64,000 nt of DNA. It comes from an uncultured Ignavibacteriaceae bacterium. Lineage in GTDB: Bacteria > Bacteroidota > Ignavibacteria > UBA10030 > BY39. The stretch spans positions 9,499 through 73,498 of the forward strand of contig CAZOQB010000008.1 of assembly GCA_964581995.1 (NCBI GenBank), written 5' to 3'. How positions within the stretch are numbered: position 1 is the stretch's first letter; every line of letters starts with the position of its first letter. Below the pieces are notes generated by a model. It was given only the letters and a program-made list of their open reading frames with translations. It was not told the DNA's origin and did not search any database. The position numbers were made by a program, and so were the translations under genes. Shown here one piece after another: positions 41,363 through 51,090 of this stretch.

Positions 41363-41947
41363 ATGGAACTTCAGAAAATAAACGGTTATACAATAGATTC
41401 AAAAATATTTGAATTAGGATTTCAACAAGGTTGCAGCCCTTTATGCTGTAAAGGTAAATGCTGCTCAGATGGTGTCTACTTAAGCTTAAGCGACAAACAG
41501 AAAATCCAAGACCACACAGATATCATTAAGAAATATATGGATGATACACAAATTCTTGATGAGAGGCTTTGGTTTGAAAACCAGATTGAACCGGATGCCG
41601 ACTTTGGGGACGGCGTTTGCGATAGTACACAAGTCCATAATAACAAATGCACTTTTTTAAACCGCGATGGACATTGTGTCCTGCAGGTTGCCGCGGAAAA
41701 CGAAAACATGGATAAATGGGCTATAAAACCATTCTTCTGTGTGGCGTTTCCGGTTGTGGTTTCAGAAAAAATTCTCACTTATGATGACATGTTAGAAGAT
41801 GTTGAACCGTGCTGTACTGCAAAAAATATTTACCCGGAAAAATTTATTGATGCATGTAAAGAAGAATTCTTGTATATTTTAGGAGAAGAAGGCTACCGGC
41901 AGCTAAAAGGAAAAGCGATTTTACACCAGGATAGAGTGAAAGAATAA
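41363..41947 (+). CDS. Cysteine-rich protein of unknown function (14 Cys; possible DUF3109/YkgJ-like metal-binding protein) embedded in the fab operon
   Basis: 194 aa. ATG immediately follows the fabD stop. Motifs CSPLCCKGKCC, C-x-F-x-x-x-x-G-H-C, FFCVAFPVV, EPCC. No TM or signal peptide. Confidence 0.5.
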   Translation: MELQKINGYTIDSKIFELGFQQGCSPLCCKGKCCSDGVYLSLSDKQKIQDHTDIIKKYMDDTQILDERLWFENQIEPDADFGDGVCDSTQVHNNKCTFLNRDGHCVLQVAAENENMDKWAIKPFFCVAFPVVVSEKILTYDDMLEDVEPCCTAKNIYPEKFIDACKEEFLYILGEEGYRQLKGKAILHQDRVKE

Positions 41948-41950
41948 CTC

Positions 41951-42697
41951 ATGAAAATTTTAAAAAATAAAGTTGCGGTTGTTACCGGCGGCGCACGCGG
42001 CATCGGTAAAGCTATTGCACTTGAATTAGCGGATGCAGGCGCTAACATAGCAATTACAGATATAGCCCCGCAAGCCGATCTGGACTCAGCCGTAACCGAA
42101 ATCAAAACCTTAGGTGTCGATGCAATAGCAATCAACTCAAACGCAGCTTCATTCTTGGATACGCAACAAGCTGTTGAGAAGGTCATTCAACATTTCAGTC
42201 GTTTAGATATTTTAGTAAACAACGCCGGAATTACTCGCGACGGATTGCTCCTACGTATGAGCGAAGAAGATTGGGATACTGTGATTAATGTTAATCTCAA
42301 AAGTGTTTTCAACTATACAAAGGCGGTTCTAAAGCCGATGATGGGTCAGCGGTCAGGCAAGATAATAAATATTGCTTCGGTAGTCGGGTTGATGGGTAAT
42401 GCCGGCCAGGCAAATTACTCGGCATCGAAAGCAGGAATCATCGGTTTTACAAAGTCGGCTGCTAAAGAGCTTGCTTCACGCAATATACAGGTAAATGCTA
42501 TCGCTCCGGGGTATGTCGAGACAGCTATGACAGCAAAATTAAACGAAGACCAACGCAAGCAACTGACAGATGCGATTCCGCTTAAACGGACTGCCCTGCC
42601 AAAAGATATTGCGACAGTAGTAAAGTTTTTATCTTCACCGGATTCTGATTATATTACCGGACAGGTAATCAGCGTCAATGGTGGTTTATATATGTAA
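41951..42697 (+). CDS. fabG: 3-oxoacyl-ACP reductase
   Basis: 248 aa. SDR motifs TGGARGIG, NNAG, YSASKAG. Confidence 0.9.
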   Translation: MKILKNKVAVVTGGARGIGKAIALELADAGANIAITDIAPQADLDSAVTEIKTLGVDAIAINSNAASFLDTQQAVEKVIQHFSRLDILVNNAGITRDGLLLRMSEEDWDTVINVNLKSVFNYTKAVLKPMMGQRSGKIINIASVVGLMGNAGQANYSASKAGIIGFTKSAAKELASRNIQVNAIAPGYVETAMTAKLNEDQRKQLTDAIPLKRTALPKDIATVVKFLSSPDSDYITGQVISVNGGLYM

Positions 42698-42745
42698 GTT
42701 TTAAAAAAAATAATCAACCAATAACAAACATAAGGAGATACAATA

Positions 42746-42979
42746 ATGGATATTAGTGCAAAAGTAAAAGAAATCGTCATGAATAAATTAGGTGTTGAAG
42801 AATCAGCAGTTACACTTGAAGCTTCCTTCACAAACGATCTCGGCGCCGATTCTTTGGACACAGTAGAATTAGTCATGGAATTCGAGAAAGCATTTAATAT
42901 TCAGATTCCCGATGAGGATGCTGAAAAAATCGGAACAGTAGGCGATGCAGTAAACTATTTGACACAAAAATTAAAATAA
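42746..42979 (+). CDS. acpP: Acyl carrier protein
   Basis: 77 aa. [13 protein letters not shown] phosphopantetheine-attachment motif. Confidence 0.95.
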   Translation: MDISAKVKEIVMNKLGVEESAVTLEASFTNDLGADSLDTVELVMEFEKAFNIQIPDEDAEKIGTVGDAVNYLTQKLK

Positions 42980-42989
42980 GCGAGTTCAA

Positions 42990-44252
42990 ATGGGACCTAA
43001 CAAATCGAGACGCCGCGTAGTAATAACAGGCATGGGGGCAGTAACCCCGCTTGGAGTAAACTTAGACGAATTCTGGAATAATTTAATTGCCGGGAAAAGT
43101 GGTGTCGGGAAGATAACTCAGTTCGATGCTACCGGTTTCGATACCACTATCGCTGCTGAAGTAAAAGGATTCGACCCCAATACCTATATCGACAAGAAAA
43201 CCGTGAAGAGGATGGATCCGTTTACTCATTTTGCACTCGCAGCGGCTGAGATGGCTGTGTCCGATTCACAATTGAACTTCGAGAAGGAAGATAAAAACCG
43301 TATCGGAGTTGTATTCGGGTCAGGAATCGGAGGTATGTGGACATACTATCATCAGGCAAAAGAATTATTCCAAAACGGTCCGGGGCATGTAAGTCCGCTA
43401 TTCGTACCGATGATGATCGCCGATATTGCCGCGGGCTATATCGCAATTAAGTATAATATTAAGGGTCCCAATTACGCCACTACATCCGCATGTGCTACGG
43501 CTTCGCACGCATTAGCCGATTCAATGATGTTGATTGAACGCGGCAGCGCAGACGTTATGGTAACGGGAGGTTCAGAAGCTTCAATCTGTCCGATTGGGAT
43601 AGCCGGTTTTAATTCAATGAGAGCGATATCAACTCGCAACGATGAACCGGAAAAAGCAAGCAGGCCATTCGATGCTAAACGCGATGGTTTTGTAATGGGC
43701 GAAGGAGGCGCGGTTCTCATTCTCGAAGAATTAGAACATGCTAAAAATCGCGGGGCAAAAATTTATGCCGAACTTGCCGGCATCGGCTTAACCGGAGACG
43801 CTCACCATATAACCGCTCCCGCTCCGGGTGGCGAAGGCGCCGTCAGGTCGATGGGATTATGTATCCAGGACGCAGGTCTGCAACCTCAAGACATCGATTA
43901 CATAAATGCTCACGGAACATCTACACCACATAACGATAGGTCGGAAACCCAAGCCATTAAAACAGTTTTCGGAGACCATGCTTACAAAATGCACGTCAGT
44001 TCAATCAAATCGATGGTGGGTCATTTGCTCGGAGCGGCGGGCGCTGTGGAAGCAATTGCAACAATAAAAACAATTGTCGAGGGCATTATTCCTCCGACCA
44101 TCAATTACGAATTCCCTGACCCTGAATGCGATTTAAATTATGTTCCTAACAAGGCTATACAGAAAAATGTAAATGCAGCTATAAGCAACACTTTTGGATT
44201 TGGCGGACATAATGCTTCATTATTGTTCGTAAAGTTTATAGATAAAAAATAA
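42990..44252 (+). CDS. fabF: Beta-ketoacyl-ACP synthase II
   Basis: 420 aa. Active-site SACATS, H-x-T-x-P, GHLLGAAG motifs. Confidence 0.9.
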   Translation: MGPNKSRRRVVITGMGAVTPLGVNLDEFWNNLIAGKSGVGKITQFDATGFDTTIAAEVKGFDPNTYIDKKTVKRMDPFTHFALAAAEMAVSDSQLNFEKEDKNRIGVVFGSGIGGMWTYYHQAKELFQNGPGHVSPLFVPMMIADIAAGYIAIKYNIKGPNYATTSACATASHALADSMMLIERGSADVMVTGGSEASICPIGIAGFNSMRAISTRNDEPEKASRPFDAKRDGFVMGEGGAVLILEELEHAKNRGAKIYAELAGIGLTGDAHHITAPAPGGEGAVRSMGLCIQDAGLQPQDIDYINAHGTSTPHNDRSETQAIKTVFGDHAYKMHVSSIKSMVGHLLGAAGAVEAIATIKTIVEGIIPPTINYEFPDPECDLNYVPNKAIQKNVNAAISNTFGFGGHNASLLFVKFIDKK

Positions 44253-44263
44253 AGAAGTTTAAA

Positions 44264-45079
44264 ATGGCTTTGGGTCGGCGAATTAAACAAATTTGGGATA
44301 AGTTCTTTGTCAAAAAAACACCTCCTCCCCGATTTGGTGTAGATACACCGACTGAAGATGTTCTAAAAATTGCCGACTACAAGAAACTCGAAAAAATAAT
44401 TAATCATCAAATAGTTGACAAGAAATATTTCTTTCAAGCTTTAACTCACCGTTCTTTTCTAACAGAATTTTCTAATATCAACCTAGACTCTAATGAGAGG
44501 TTAGAATTTTTAGGCGATTCGATTCTCAATATGGTGGTAGGTGAATTTTTATTCGAACTTTTTCCCACAGCGGACGAAGGTTTACTAACCAAAATGCGCT
44601 CACGTCTCGTCAACCGAAAAGCATTAGCAAGTTACGGTCACGACCTCTACTTATGGGATCTAATCCTATTAAGTCCGAGTGTAGCTCAATCTTTAGAAAA
44701 TGGATCCGATACCATACTTGCCGATTGCTTTGAAGCGATAATTGGCGCACTTTACTTGGATGCCGGTATTGTCACTGTAAAGCAATTTATCAAAAAAACG
44801 ATACTTTCTTCATCACGAATAAGAATTGCAAGCACAATTGATCAAAATTATAAAAGCCTATTACTCGAACATTCTCAAGCCGCGGGCAATGGCGTACCGA
44901 GATACAATACACTCAAATGGGAAGGACCTGACCACGACAGGGTGTTCACAGTCGAGGTTAGAATTAACAACGAAGTATTCGGCATCGGAATCGGCAAAAA
45001 TAAAAAAGAAGCCGAGCAAGCCGCCGCAGCAGAAGCATTAAAAAGAATTGAACTTTTAAAGGATAGCAAAGAACAATGA
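44264..45079 (+). CDS. rnc: Ribonuclease III (with ~40-aa N-terminal extension or upstream alternative start)
   Basis: 271 aa. ERLEFLGDS signature. C-terminal dsRBD (GPDHDRVF...[12 protein letters not shown]). Confidence 0.85.
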   Translation: MALGRRIKQIWDKFFVKKTPPPRFGVDTPTEDVLKIADYKKLEKIINHQIVDKKYFFQALTHRSFLTEFSNINLDSNERLEFLGDSILNMVVGEFLFELFPTADEGLLTKMRSRLVNRKALASYGHDLYLWDLILLSPSVAQSLENGSDTILADCFEAIIGALYLDAGIVTVKQFIKKTILSSSRIRIASTIDQNYKSLLLEHSQAAGNGVPRYNTLKWEGPDHDRVFTVEVRINNEVFGIGIGKNKKEAEQAAAAEALKRIELLKDSKEQ

Positions 45080-46521
45080 GCAAAAAAATATTATTTGAAA
45101 AAAGTAAACCGGGCCGCATTGGCTACACACTGCCTAAATTAGACATCGAACTAAGACCTATCGACCGCCTTATCCCCTATAAATATATCCGTAAATCCGA
45201 TATCGAACTTCCTGAAATCAGTGAGAACGAAGTTGTCCGGCATTTTGTCAATCTCTCTTCCCTGAACTATCATATCGACAAGGGTTTCTATCCTCTCGGG
45301 TCGTGTACCATGAAGTACAACCCAAAAATAAATGAAGTCACTTCATCTCTCGAAGGATTTGCAAACCTTCATCCATTCGAACCACAGGAACTTACACAAG
45401 GGGCACTCCGGCTGATGTATGAGCTTGGTGAATACTTAAAAGCTATCTCCGGTATGGAGGGCGTTACACTTCAACCTGTTGCAGGCGCTCAGGGTGAATT
45501 CACAAGCTTGCTTATGATTAGAGCTTATCATAATAATTTAGGAAGGCCAAGACCGATAATTTTAGTTCCTGATTCTGCCCACGGGACAAATCCGGCGAGC
45601 GTTACAATTTCAGGATTCAAAGCCGTTAATGTTAAATCAAATATTCATGGCACAATTGATATTGAAGATCTGAAAAAAAATCTTAGCGAAGATGTTGCGG
45701 GTATTATGATTACTAATCCAAATACGCTGGGAATCTTCGAACGGGATATTGTCACCATCGAAAAGTTAGTCCACGATGCAGGAGCTTTGATGTATATGGA
45801 CGGAGCAAACCTGAATGCTCTTTTAGGAATTGTCCGCCCGGGCGATATGGGTTTCGATGCAGTTCATATAAATCTGCATAAAACATTTTCAACACCTCAT
45901 GGCGGCGGCGGACCAGGGTCTGGGCCTGTCGCCGTCAGCAAGCGGCTTGAGCCGTTTCTTCCAATTCCAACTGTCGAAAGAAAAAATTCACACTACATTT
46001 TACAAGACAGTAGGCCAAAATCAATCGGCAGGGTTCACTCGTTTTACGGTAACTTCAGCATGCTTGTCAGGGCTTACACATACATCCGAATGATTGGCTC
46101 AGAAGGTCTTCGGGAAATTAGTGAGAATGCAATCCTTAATGCAAACTATTTATTAAGCCGCCTCAAAGGTCATTATGATTTGCCTTACAACGAAATCCCA
46201 ATGCACGAGTTTGTTCTTTCAGGAGAAAAGCAAAAAAACATGGGCGCAAAAGTCGTTGATATTGCTAAGCGGCTTCTTGATTACGGTTTTCATGCACCCA
46301 CGACCTACTTCCCTCTTATAGTAAAAGAGGCATTAATGATAGAACCGACTGAAACTGAAACTAAAGAAACACTCGACTCTTTTGCGGATGCTTTAATTCA
46401 AATTAACGACGAGATAAAAAACAATATCGATAAAGTAGTAAAAGCTCCACACACTACACCGGTTAAGCGCCTTGATGACGCGCGTGCATCTAAACAATTA
46501 AACGTATGCTACAAGGGATAA
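45076..46521 (+). CDS. gcvPB: Glycine dehydrogenase (decarboxylating) subunit 2
   Basis: 481 aa. PLP-dependent fold. Conserved region [16 protein letters not shown] (PLP-binding Lys). 4-nt overlap with rnc. No gcvPA adjacent. Confidence 0.85.
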   Translation: MSKKILFEKSKPGRIGYTLPKLDIELRPIDRLIPYKYIRKSDIELPEISENEVVRHFVNLSSLNYHIDKGFYPLGSCTMKYNPKINEVTSSLEGFANLHPFEPQELTQGALRLMYELGEYLKAISGMEGVTLQPVAGAQGEFTSLLMIRAYHNNLGRPRPIILVPDSAHGTNPASVTISGFKAVNVKSNIHGTIDIEDLKKNLSEDVAGIMITNPNTLGIFERDIVTIEKLVHDAGALMYMDGANLNALLGIVRPGDMGFDAVHINLHKTFSTPHGGGGPGSGPVAVSKRLEPFLPIPTVERKNSHYILQDSRPKSIGRVHSFYGNFSMLVRAYTYIRMIGSEGLREISENAILNANYLLSRLKGHYDLPYNEIPMHEFVLSGEKQKNMGAKVVDIAKRLLDYGFHAPTTYFPLIVKEALMIEPTETETKETLDSFADALIQINDEIKNNIDKVVKAPHTTPVKRLDDARASKQLNVCYKG

Positions 46522-46931
46522 AATTAATCACAAAGAGCGAAGAGGTAAAGAAAATTCTTCAGCTATCAAGATCTATTGCAGTTGTCGGAAGCTCTCCCTC
46601 TCCCGACCGCGACAGCAACCATATAACTCAATACTTAAATCTTCAAGGTTATAAAGTTTTTCCGGTCAACCCAAACTACAAGGAAATATTAGGATTAAAA
46701 TGTTATTCTAAGCTGCAAGACATCCCCGAGGCGATTGAAATTGTAAATGTTTTCAGACGTCCTGACCAGGTGCTGCCCGTAGTAAAAGACGCCATCGCCG
46801 TAAATGCAAAAATTATCTGGTTCCAATTGGGCGTAAGTACACCGGAAGCGGTTGAGTTTGCTCTACAGAACGGGCTCACTGTTGTCGACAATAAATGTAT
46901 CATGGTTGAACATCGCCGCTTGATAGGATAA
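46506..46931 (+). CDS. CoA-binding domain protein (YccU-like)
   Basis: 141 aa. [14 protein letters not shown]...GY.VFPVNP Rossmann-like CoA-binding pattern. Confidence 0.7.
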   Translation: MLQGIKLITKSEEVKKILQLSRSIAVVGSSPSPDRDSNHITQYLNLQGYKVFPVNPNYKEILGLKCYSKLQDIPEAIEIVNVFRRPDQVLPVVKDAIAVNAKIIWFQLGVSTPEAVEFALQNGLTVVDNKCIMVEHRRLIG

Positions 46932-46946
46932 AAAATCCTTATCTCG

Positions 46947-48281
46947 ATGAAAATTTTCTGCTTAACACTATTATTTTTAACCGGGGTTATCTTTGGTTTA
47001 GCTCAAAATTCCGGGACAGACTCTCTCCCCCTTCCTTCCTCTTTACAATTTTCCGACTCTACCTTGATTGTCGACAATATAGTTATTGTCGGTAACAAGG
47101 TTACCAAATCATTCGTTATCCTACGTGAAATGTCTCTTCAGCCGGGTAGTCGCGTTACCAAAGAAGCAGTTGAATACGACAAAAAAAGAATTTACAGCTT
47201 GCAGTTATTCAACAGCGTGGAAATTCATATTAACTCAACAGAATTCCCAAAAGTTACATTATTGGTTGAAGTACATGAGCGCTGGTATATTTATCCATTT
47301 CCAATCTGGGGAATCAAGGATAGGGATTGGAAAAAATTTTATTACGGACTCGGTTTAATGAACATCAATTTCCGCGGTCGGAACGAAAAAGTCTATGCAG
47401 TCGGAACACTCGGTTATGAACCGTCATTTAGCATCTACTACCGAAATCCCGAAATAGACTATTCCAAAGATGTCTTCCTCGAAACTTCAATGGGTTATGT
47501 AAGGGGCGAGAATAAGAGTAAATACTTCTATGGAAATTATCGTCAGCACTTTATCAGTTTTTCTTTGACTCTCGGAAAAAGGTTCGGAAATTTTCATACG
47601 TTTTCAGGTACGACAGCTTATCAAATCGTAAAAGTATCTGAGTATAAGTATGGCAGAGTTTTAAATCCTTGGGGTAAAGATGCTTATCCTGTTCTTTCAG
47701 CCGGTTATAAATATGATACACGCGATTTAAACGATTACACTTTATCGGGTACGCTTATAAACATGCAAGTATCAAAGTACGGTTTGTTCCAACCGAACAT
47801 TGATTACTGGAGGTACAATTTAGACTATCGGCGGTTTATTCCAATGTTCCCTCGATTGGTTTTTGCTGCGCGTGCCTTTACAAATGTCGCGGGTGGAGGA
47901 AAAATCCCCGTTTACAATCATTTGTATTTGGGATATTCCGAACGCATCCGCGGACATTATTCAGAGCTTTACGAAGGCGAAAACATATTCGGTACTTCAG
48001 GGGAACTGAGATTTATTATTCTTGAACCAAGATATATAAACTTAGATGGAGTTTTTATGTCTGAATTCAGTGTCTGGAAATTTGGAATAGCTGCGGCTCT
48101 GTTCGGCGATGCCGGCACTACCTGGTATAGAAATTATCCATTCGCTTTGAACAATTTCATAAAAGGTTACGGCGCCGGATTACATTTCATACTTCCCTAC
48201 GGTTTTGTACTAAGAACAGAATACGCTTTTAACGAATACCGTGCGGGCGAGTTCATCTTTGACCTCACCGCCGCATTTTAA
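46947..48281 (+). CDS. Omp85/BamA-family outer-membrane protein with a single POTRA domain
   Basis: 444 aa. Signal peptide, POTRA-like segment (IVIVGNKVTKSFVILREMSLQPGSRVTKEAVEYDKKRIYSLQLF), then a beta-barrel with aromatic C-terminus. Confidence 0.65.
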   Translation: MKIFCLTLLFLTGVIFGLAQNSGTDSLPLPSSLQFSDSTLIVDNIVIVGNKVTKSFVILREMSLQPGSRVTKEAVEYDKKRIYSLQLFNSVEIHINSTEFPKVTLLVEVHERWYIYPFPIWGIKDRDWKKFYYGLGLMNINFRGRNEKVYAVGTLGYEPSFSIYYRNPEIDYSKDVFLETSMGYVRGENKSKYFYGNYRQHFISFSLTLGKRFGNFHTFSGTTAYQIVKVSEYKYGRVLNPWGKDAYPVLSAGYKYDTRDLNDYTLSGTLINMQVSKYGLFQPNIDYWRYNLDYRRFIPMFPRLVFAARAFTNVAGGGKIPVYNHLYLGYSERIRGHYSELYEGENIFGTSGELRFIILEPRYINLDGVFMSEFSVWKFGIAAALFGDAGTTWYRNYPFALNNFIKGYGAGLHFILPYGFVLRTEYAFNEYRAGEFIFDLTAAF

Positions 48282-48284
48282 CAA

Positions 48285-49016
48285 TTGACTAACGACAGCT
48301 CAATGCTCGATTACTTCTACACACAACCACAGAATATCAAACCCGACCGTCTCACAATCGATGGCGATGAATTCAGCCACCTCACACACGTTATGCGTAA
48401 GAAAATCGGAGAAAGGATTATGGTCGTAGATGGATTAGGTTCGGCTTACGAGGTTGAACTTACGCTATTCGAAAAGAAAAGAGCTGAAGCAAAAATTTTA
48501 TCATTACATACAAACCACAATGAAAGCGATTTGGATGTAACTATAGCTGTGGGAATATTAAAGAATCCGGCGAAGTTCGATTTCCTTGTAGAAAAAGTTA
48601 CGGAACTGGGAATACGTCAAATCATCCCTCTTAAAACTGAACGCACAATTCCTCAACACGCAAAGACCGACCGCTGGCAAAAACTCGCTCTCGCCGCAAT
48701 GAAACAATGCGGCAGGTCTTATCTGCCAACTGTACAACCACTTACTTCTCTCGGTGAATTACTAGAATCATCTCACGAATTCCAGTTAAAGATTGTGTTT
48801 CATAAAGACATTCAACCGACACAAAGTATAAACGAACTTCTCGACATTCCTAAATTAAAGTCGATAATAATTTTAATCGGACCGGAAGGCGGGTTCTCGG
48901 ATACCGAAATTGAAAAAGCAATCAGCCATGGATTCAAAGCAATCACATTAGGACAAAGACGATTGCGAACTGAAACCGCAGCAATTGCCGCCTCATCACT
49001 TTTTTTAGCAAGATAA
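48285..49016 (+). CDS. rsmE: 16S rRNA (uracil1498-N3)-methyltransferase
   Basis: 243 aa. PUA-like N-terminus, SPOUT C-terminus (IGPEGGFS). Confidence 0.85.
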   Translation: MTNDSSMLDYFYTQPQNIKPDRLTIDGDEFSHLTHVMRKKIGERIMVVDGLGSAYEVELTLFEKKRAEAKILSLHTNHNESDLDVTIAVGILKNPAKFDFLVEKVTELGIRQIIPLKTERTIPQHAKTDRWQKLALAAMKQCGRSYLPTVQPLTSLGELLESSHEFQLKIVFHKDIQPTQSINELLDIPKLKSIIILIGPEGGFSDTEIEKAISHGFKAITLGQRRLRTETAAIAASSLFLAR

Positions 49017-49020
49017 TATT

Positions 49021-49344
49021 ATGATTTACTGGATAGCAACACTTGGAATATTTGTTTGGAACCTCCCGTTTGGTTATTGGCGGACGAACGTTAGTAGATA
49101 CTCACTAAGCTGGATTGCTGCAATCCACATCCCGGTTTTGATGATTATTACATTCAGAATATTTTCAGGTATGGGATTTCAGTTATTCACCTTTCCATTA
49201 TTCGCAGGTGCTTTCTTTTCCGGACAATTAAGCGGTGGTAAGATTTATTCATGGCGGAAAGTACATGCTAAACTTCCTCTCAGCGGCTGTCTTGTTTGGG
49301 ACTTGGTTTCTGATTTCATGAGAAAGCGTTTTCGTAACGATTGA
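49021..49344 (+). CDS. Small 3-TM membrane protein of unknown function
   Basis: 107 aa, three hydrophobic helices. 4 nt after the rsmE stop. Confidence 0.4.
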   Translation: MIYWIATLGIFVWNLPFGYWRTNVSRYSLSWIAAIHIPVLMIITFRIFSGMGFQLFTFPLFAGAFFSGQLSGGKIYSWRKVHAKLPLSGCLVWDLVSDFMRKRFRND

Positions 49345-49416
49345 CTCCGACTTCGCACTGAGTCCCGCTGAAGCGGGATCGGAGGACGTTATTGAACATC
49401 GGATATCGAATATACA

Positions 49417-49456
49417 GTTGCCATTTTAAATAACTTTTTGTATGTTCAATTATCAT
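49417..49456. repeat. Copy 1 of imperfect 40-bp direct repeat (gttgccattttaaataactttttgtatgttcaattatcat)
   Basis: Matches 54237-54275 at 37/39 positions with a 1-nt indel. Lies 27 nt upstream of the TIR-like gene ATG. Confidence 0.85.
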
Positions 49457-49482
49457 ACCAGATAACAGAAAAAGATAATATT

Positions 49483-50919
49483 ATGAATCCCAAATTATTT
49501 ATTTCATATAGTTGGTCAACAGCGGAACATGGTCAATGGGTTATTGATCTCGCAACTTCCTTACGTGAATCGGGAGTTGATGTTATACTGGATAAATGGG
49601 ACCTGAGAGAAGGTAATGATGCCAATGCATTTATGGAAAAGATGGTCACAGACCCCGATATAAAAAAGGTTTTAATAATTTGCGATAAAAAATACTCTGA
49701 CAAAGCAGATCAGAGAGAAGGTGGTGTTGGTACAGAAACACAAATTATATCACCCGAAATATATAAAAACCAAAATCAAGATAAGTTTGTTGCAGTAATT
49801 TCTGAGTTAGATGAGAATGGCAAACCATATTTACCAGTATTTTATAAATCTAGAATATACATTGATCTATCGGATAACGAACGATATGCAATAAATTATG
49901 ATCAATTATTAAGATGGATTTATGACAAACCACTTTATGTTAAACCAGAACTTGGCGCCATGCCTTCGTTTCTTGATGAAAAAGATGGAATCAAATTAGG
50001 CACTACTTCAAATTATAGGCGTGCAATAGATGCATTAAAGAATAATCGGCCAAATGTCAAACCAGCATTACGTGATTATTTTGATAAGTTTGCACAGGGA
50101 TTTGAGCAGTTTAGAATAACAGAACGCAAAGGTGAATTTGATGATCAAGTAATAGAGAGTATTGAAAAATTTATTCCATATAAAAATGAGATTATTGATT
50201 TATTTAGCACGATCGTACAGTATTCAAATACAAAGGAGAATCAACAAATAATACATCGATTTTTCGAGAACTTGATTCCATATCTGGATAGGCCTGAAGG
50301 AGTTAATTCATTCTTTGAAACCGACTTTGATAATTTTAAATTTATGATTCATGAATTGTTTTTGTATTTAATTGCATCGTTTCTTAAGTACGAAGCATTT
50401 GATGCAGTTTCATATTTTTTACGAACCCCATACTTGATAAAAAATGCAGGCGAATACCCGAGAAATACCAACAATAACTATACTATATTTAGACCTTATC
50501 TTAAATCTTTGGAATATCGAAATCAAAGATTAAATCTACGGCAATATTCTCTTCATGCAAATCTGTTGCATAAATATTCAAAAGGCACAGGATTTCATTC
50601 TGAGGAGATTATGCAAGCGGATTTCATTTTATATATCAGAGATACCCTCGACTCAATTCGAAAGAAAACAGACTGGCGTTGGTATCCCGTTACATTGCAT
50701 TACATGGGTTTTAGTCATCCACCTTTTGAAATATTCGTTCGAGCAGAAGATGCGGAATATTTTAATATAATTAAGCCAATACTTAATATTAAAATGAAAG
50801 AAGACCTACAAATAATCTGGGGAGGTACTCAGCAAAGAAATATGCAGAAGCTCCGTATAGGAGATAATTCAATAAATCCTGAGGTGCTTCTTGGATACGA
50901 TAAATTGGCAACTCAATAG
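49483..50919 (+). CDS. TIR/SEFIR-like domain protein fused to an uncharacterised ~320-aa C-terminal domain
   Basis: ORF 49438-50919 begins with TTG inside the repeat; probable true start is ATG 49483 (MNPKLFISYSW). N-terminal ~150 aa fits the TIR_2/SEFIR pattern (LFISYSWSTAEHGQWVIDLATSLRESGVDVILDKWDLREGND...KVLIICDKKYSDKAD...FVAVISELD...PVFYKSRIYIDL). The remainder has no motif I recognise. AT-rich by eye. Confidence 0.65.
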   Translation: MNPKLFISYSWSTAEHGQWVIDLATSLRESGVDVILDKWDLREGNDANAFMEKMVTDPDIKKVLIICDKKYSDKADQREGGVGTETQIISPEIYKNQNQDKFVAVISELDENGKPYLPVFYKSRIYIDLSDNERYAINYDQLLRWIYDKPLYVKPELGAMPSFLDEKDGIKLGTTSNYRRAIDALKNNRPNVKPALRDYFDKFAQGFEQFRITERKGEFDDQVIESIEKFIPYKNEIIDLFSTIVQYSNTKENQQIIHRFFENLIPYLDRPEGVNSFFETDFDNFKFMIHELFLYLIASFLKYEAFDAVSYFLRTPYLIKNAGEYPRNTNNNYTIFRPYLKSLEYRNQRLNLRQYSLHANLLHKYSKGTGFHSEEIMQADFILYIRDTLDSIRKKTDWRWYPVTLHYMGFSHPPFEIFVRAEDAEYFNIIKPILNIKMKEDLQIIWGGTQQRNMQKLRIGDNSINPEVLLGYDKLATQ

Positions 50920-50954
50920 CGATCAAAGTATCCTCCAACCACTTTAAAAAGGAA

Positions 50955-50984
50955 CCCCGATACAAATCATCGGGTTTTGTTTTA
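50955..50984 (+). terminator. Rho-independent terminator after the TIR-like gene
   Basis: Stem cccgat/atcggg (50957-62, 50970-75), 7-nt loop, then ttttgtttt. Confidence 0.6.
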
Positions 50985-51090
50985 TAATACCTAACCGCTC
51001 TTACTTTCCTACTTCCAGCATTTGGAATGTTCCCGGCACAATTTTCGGTCGCGGGCGCGGGTTCTCACTCGTTGCTGGAGGTCTAGTAAG

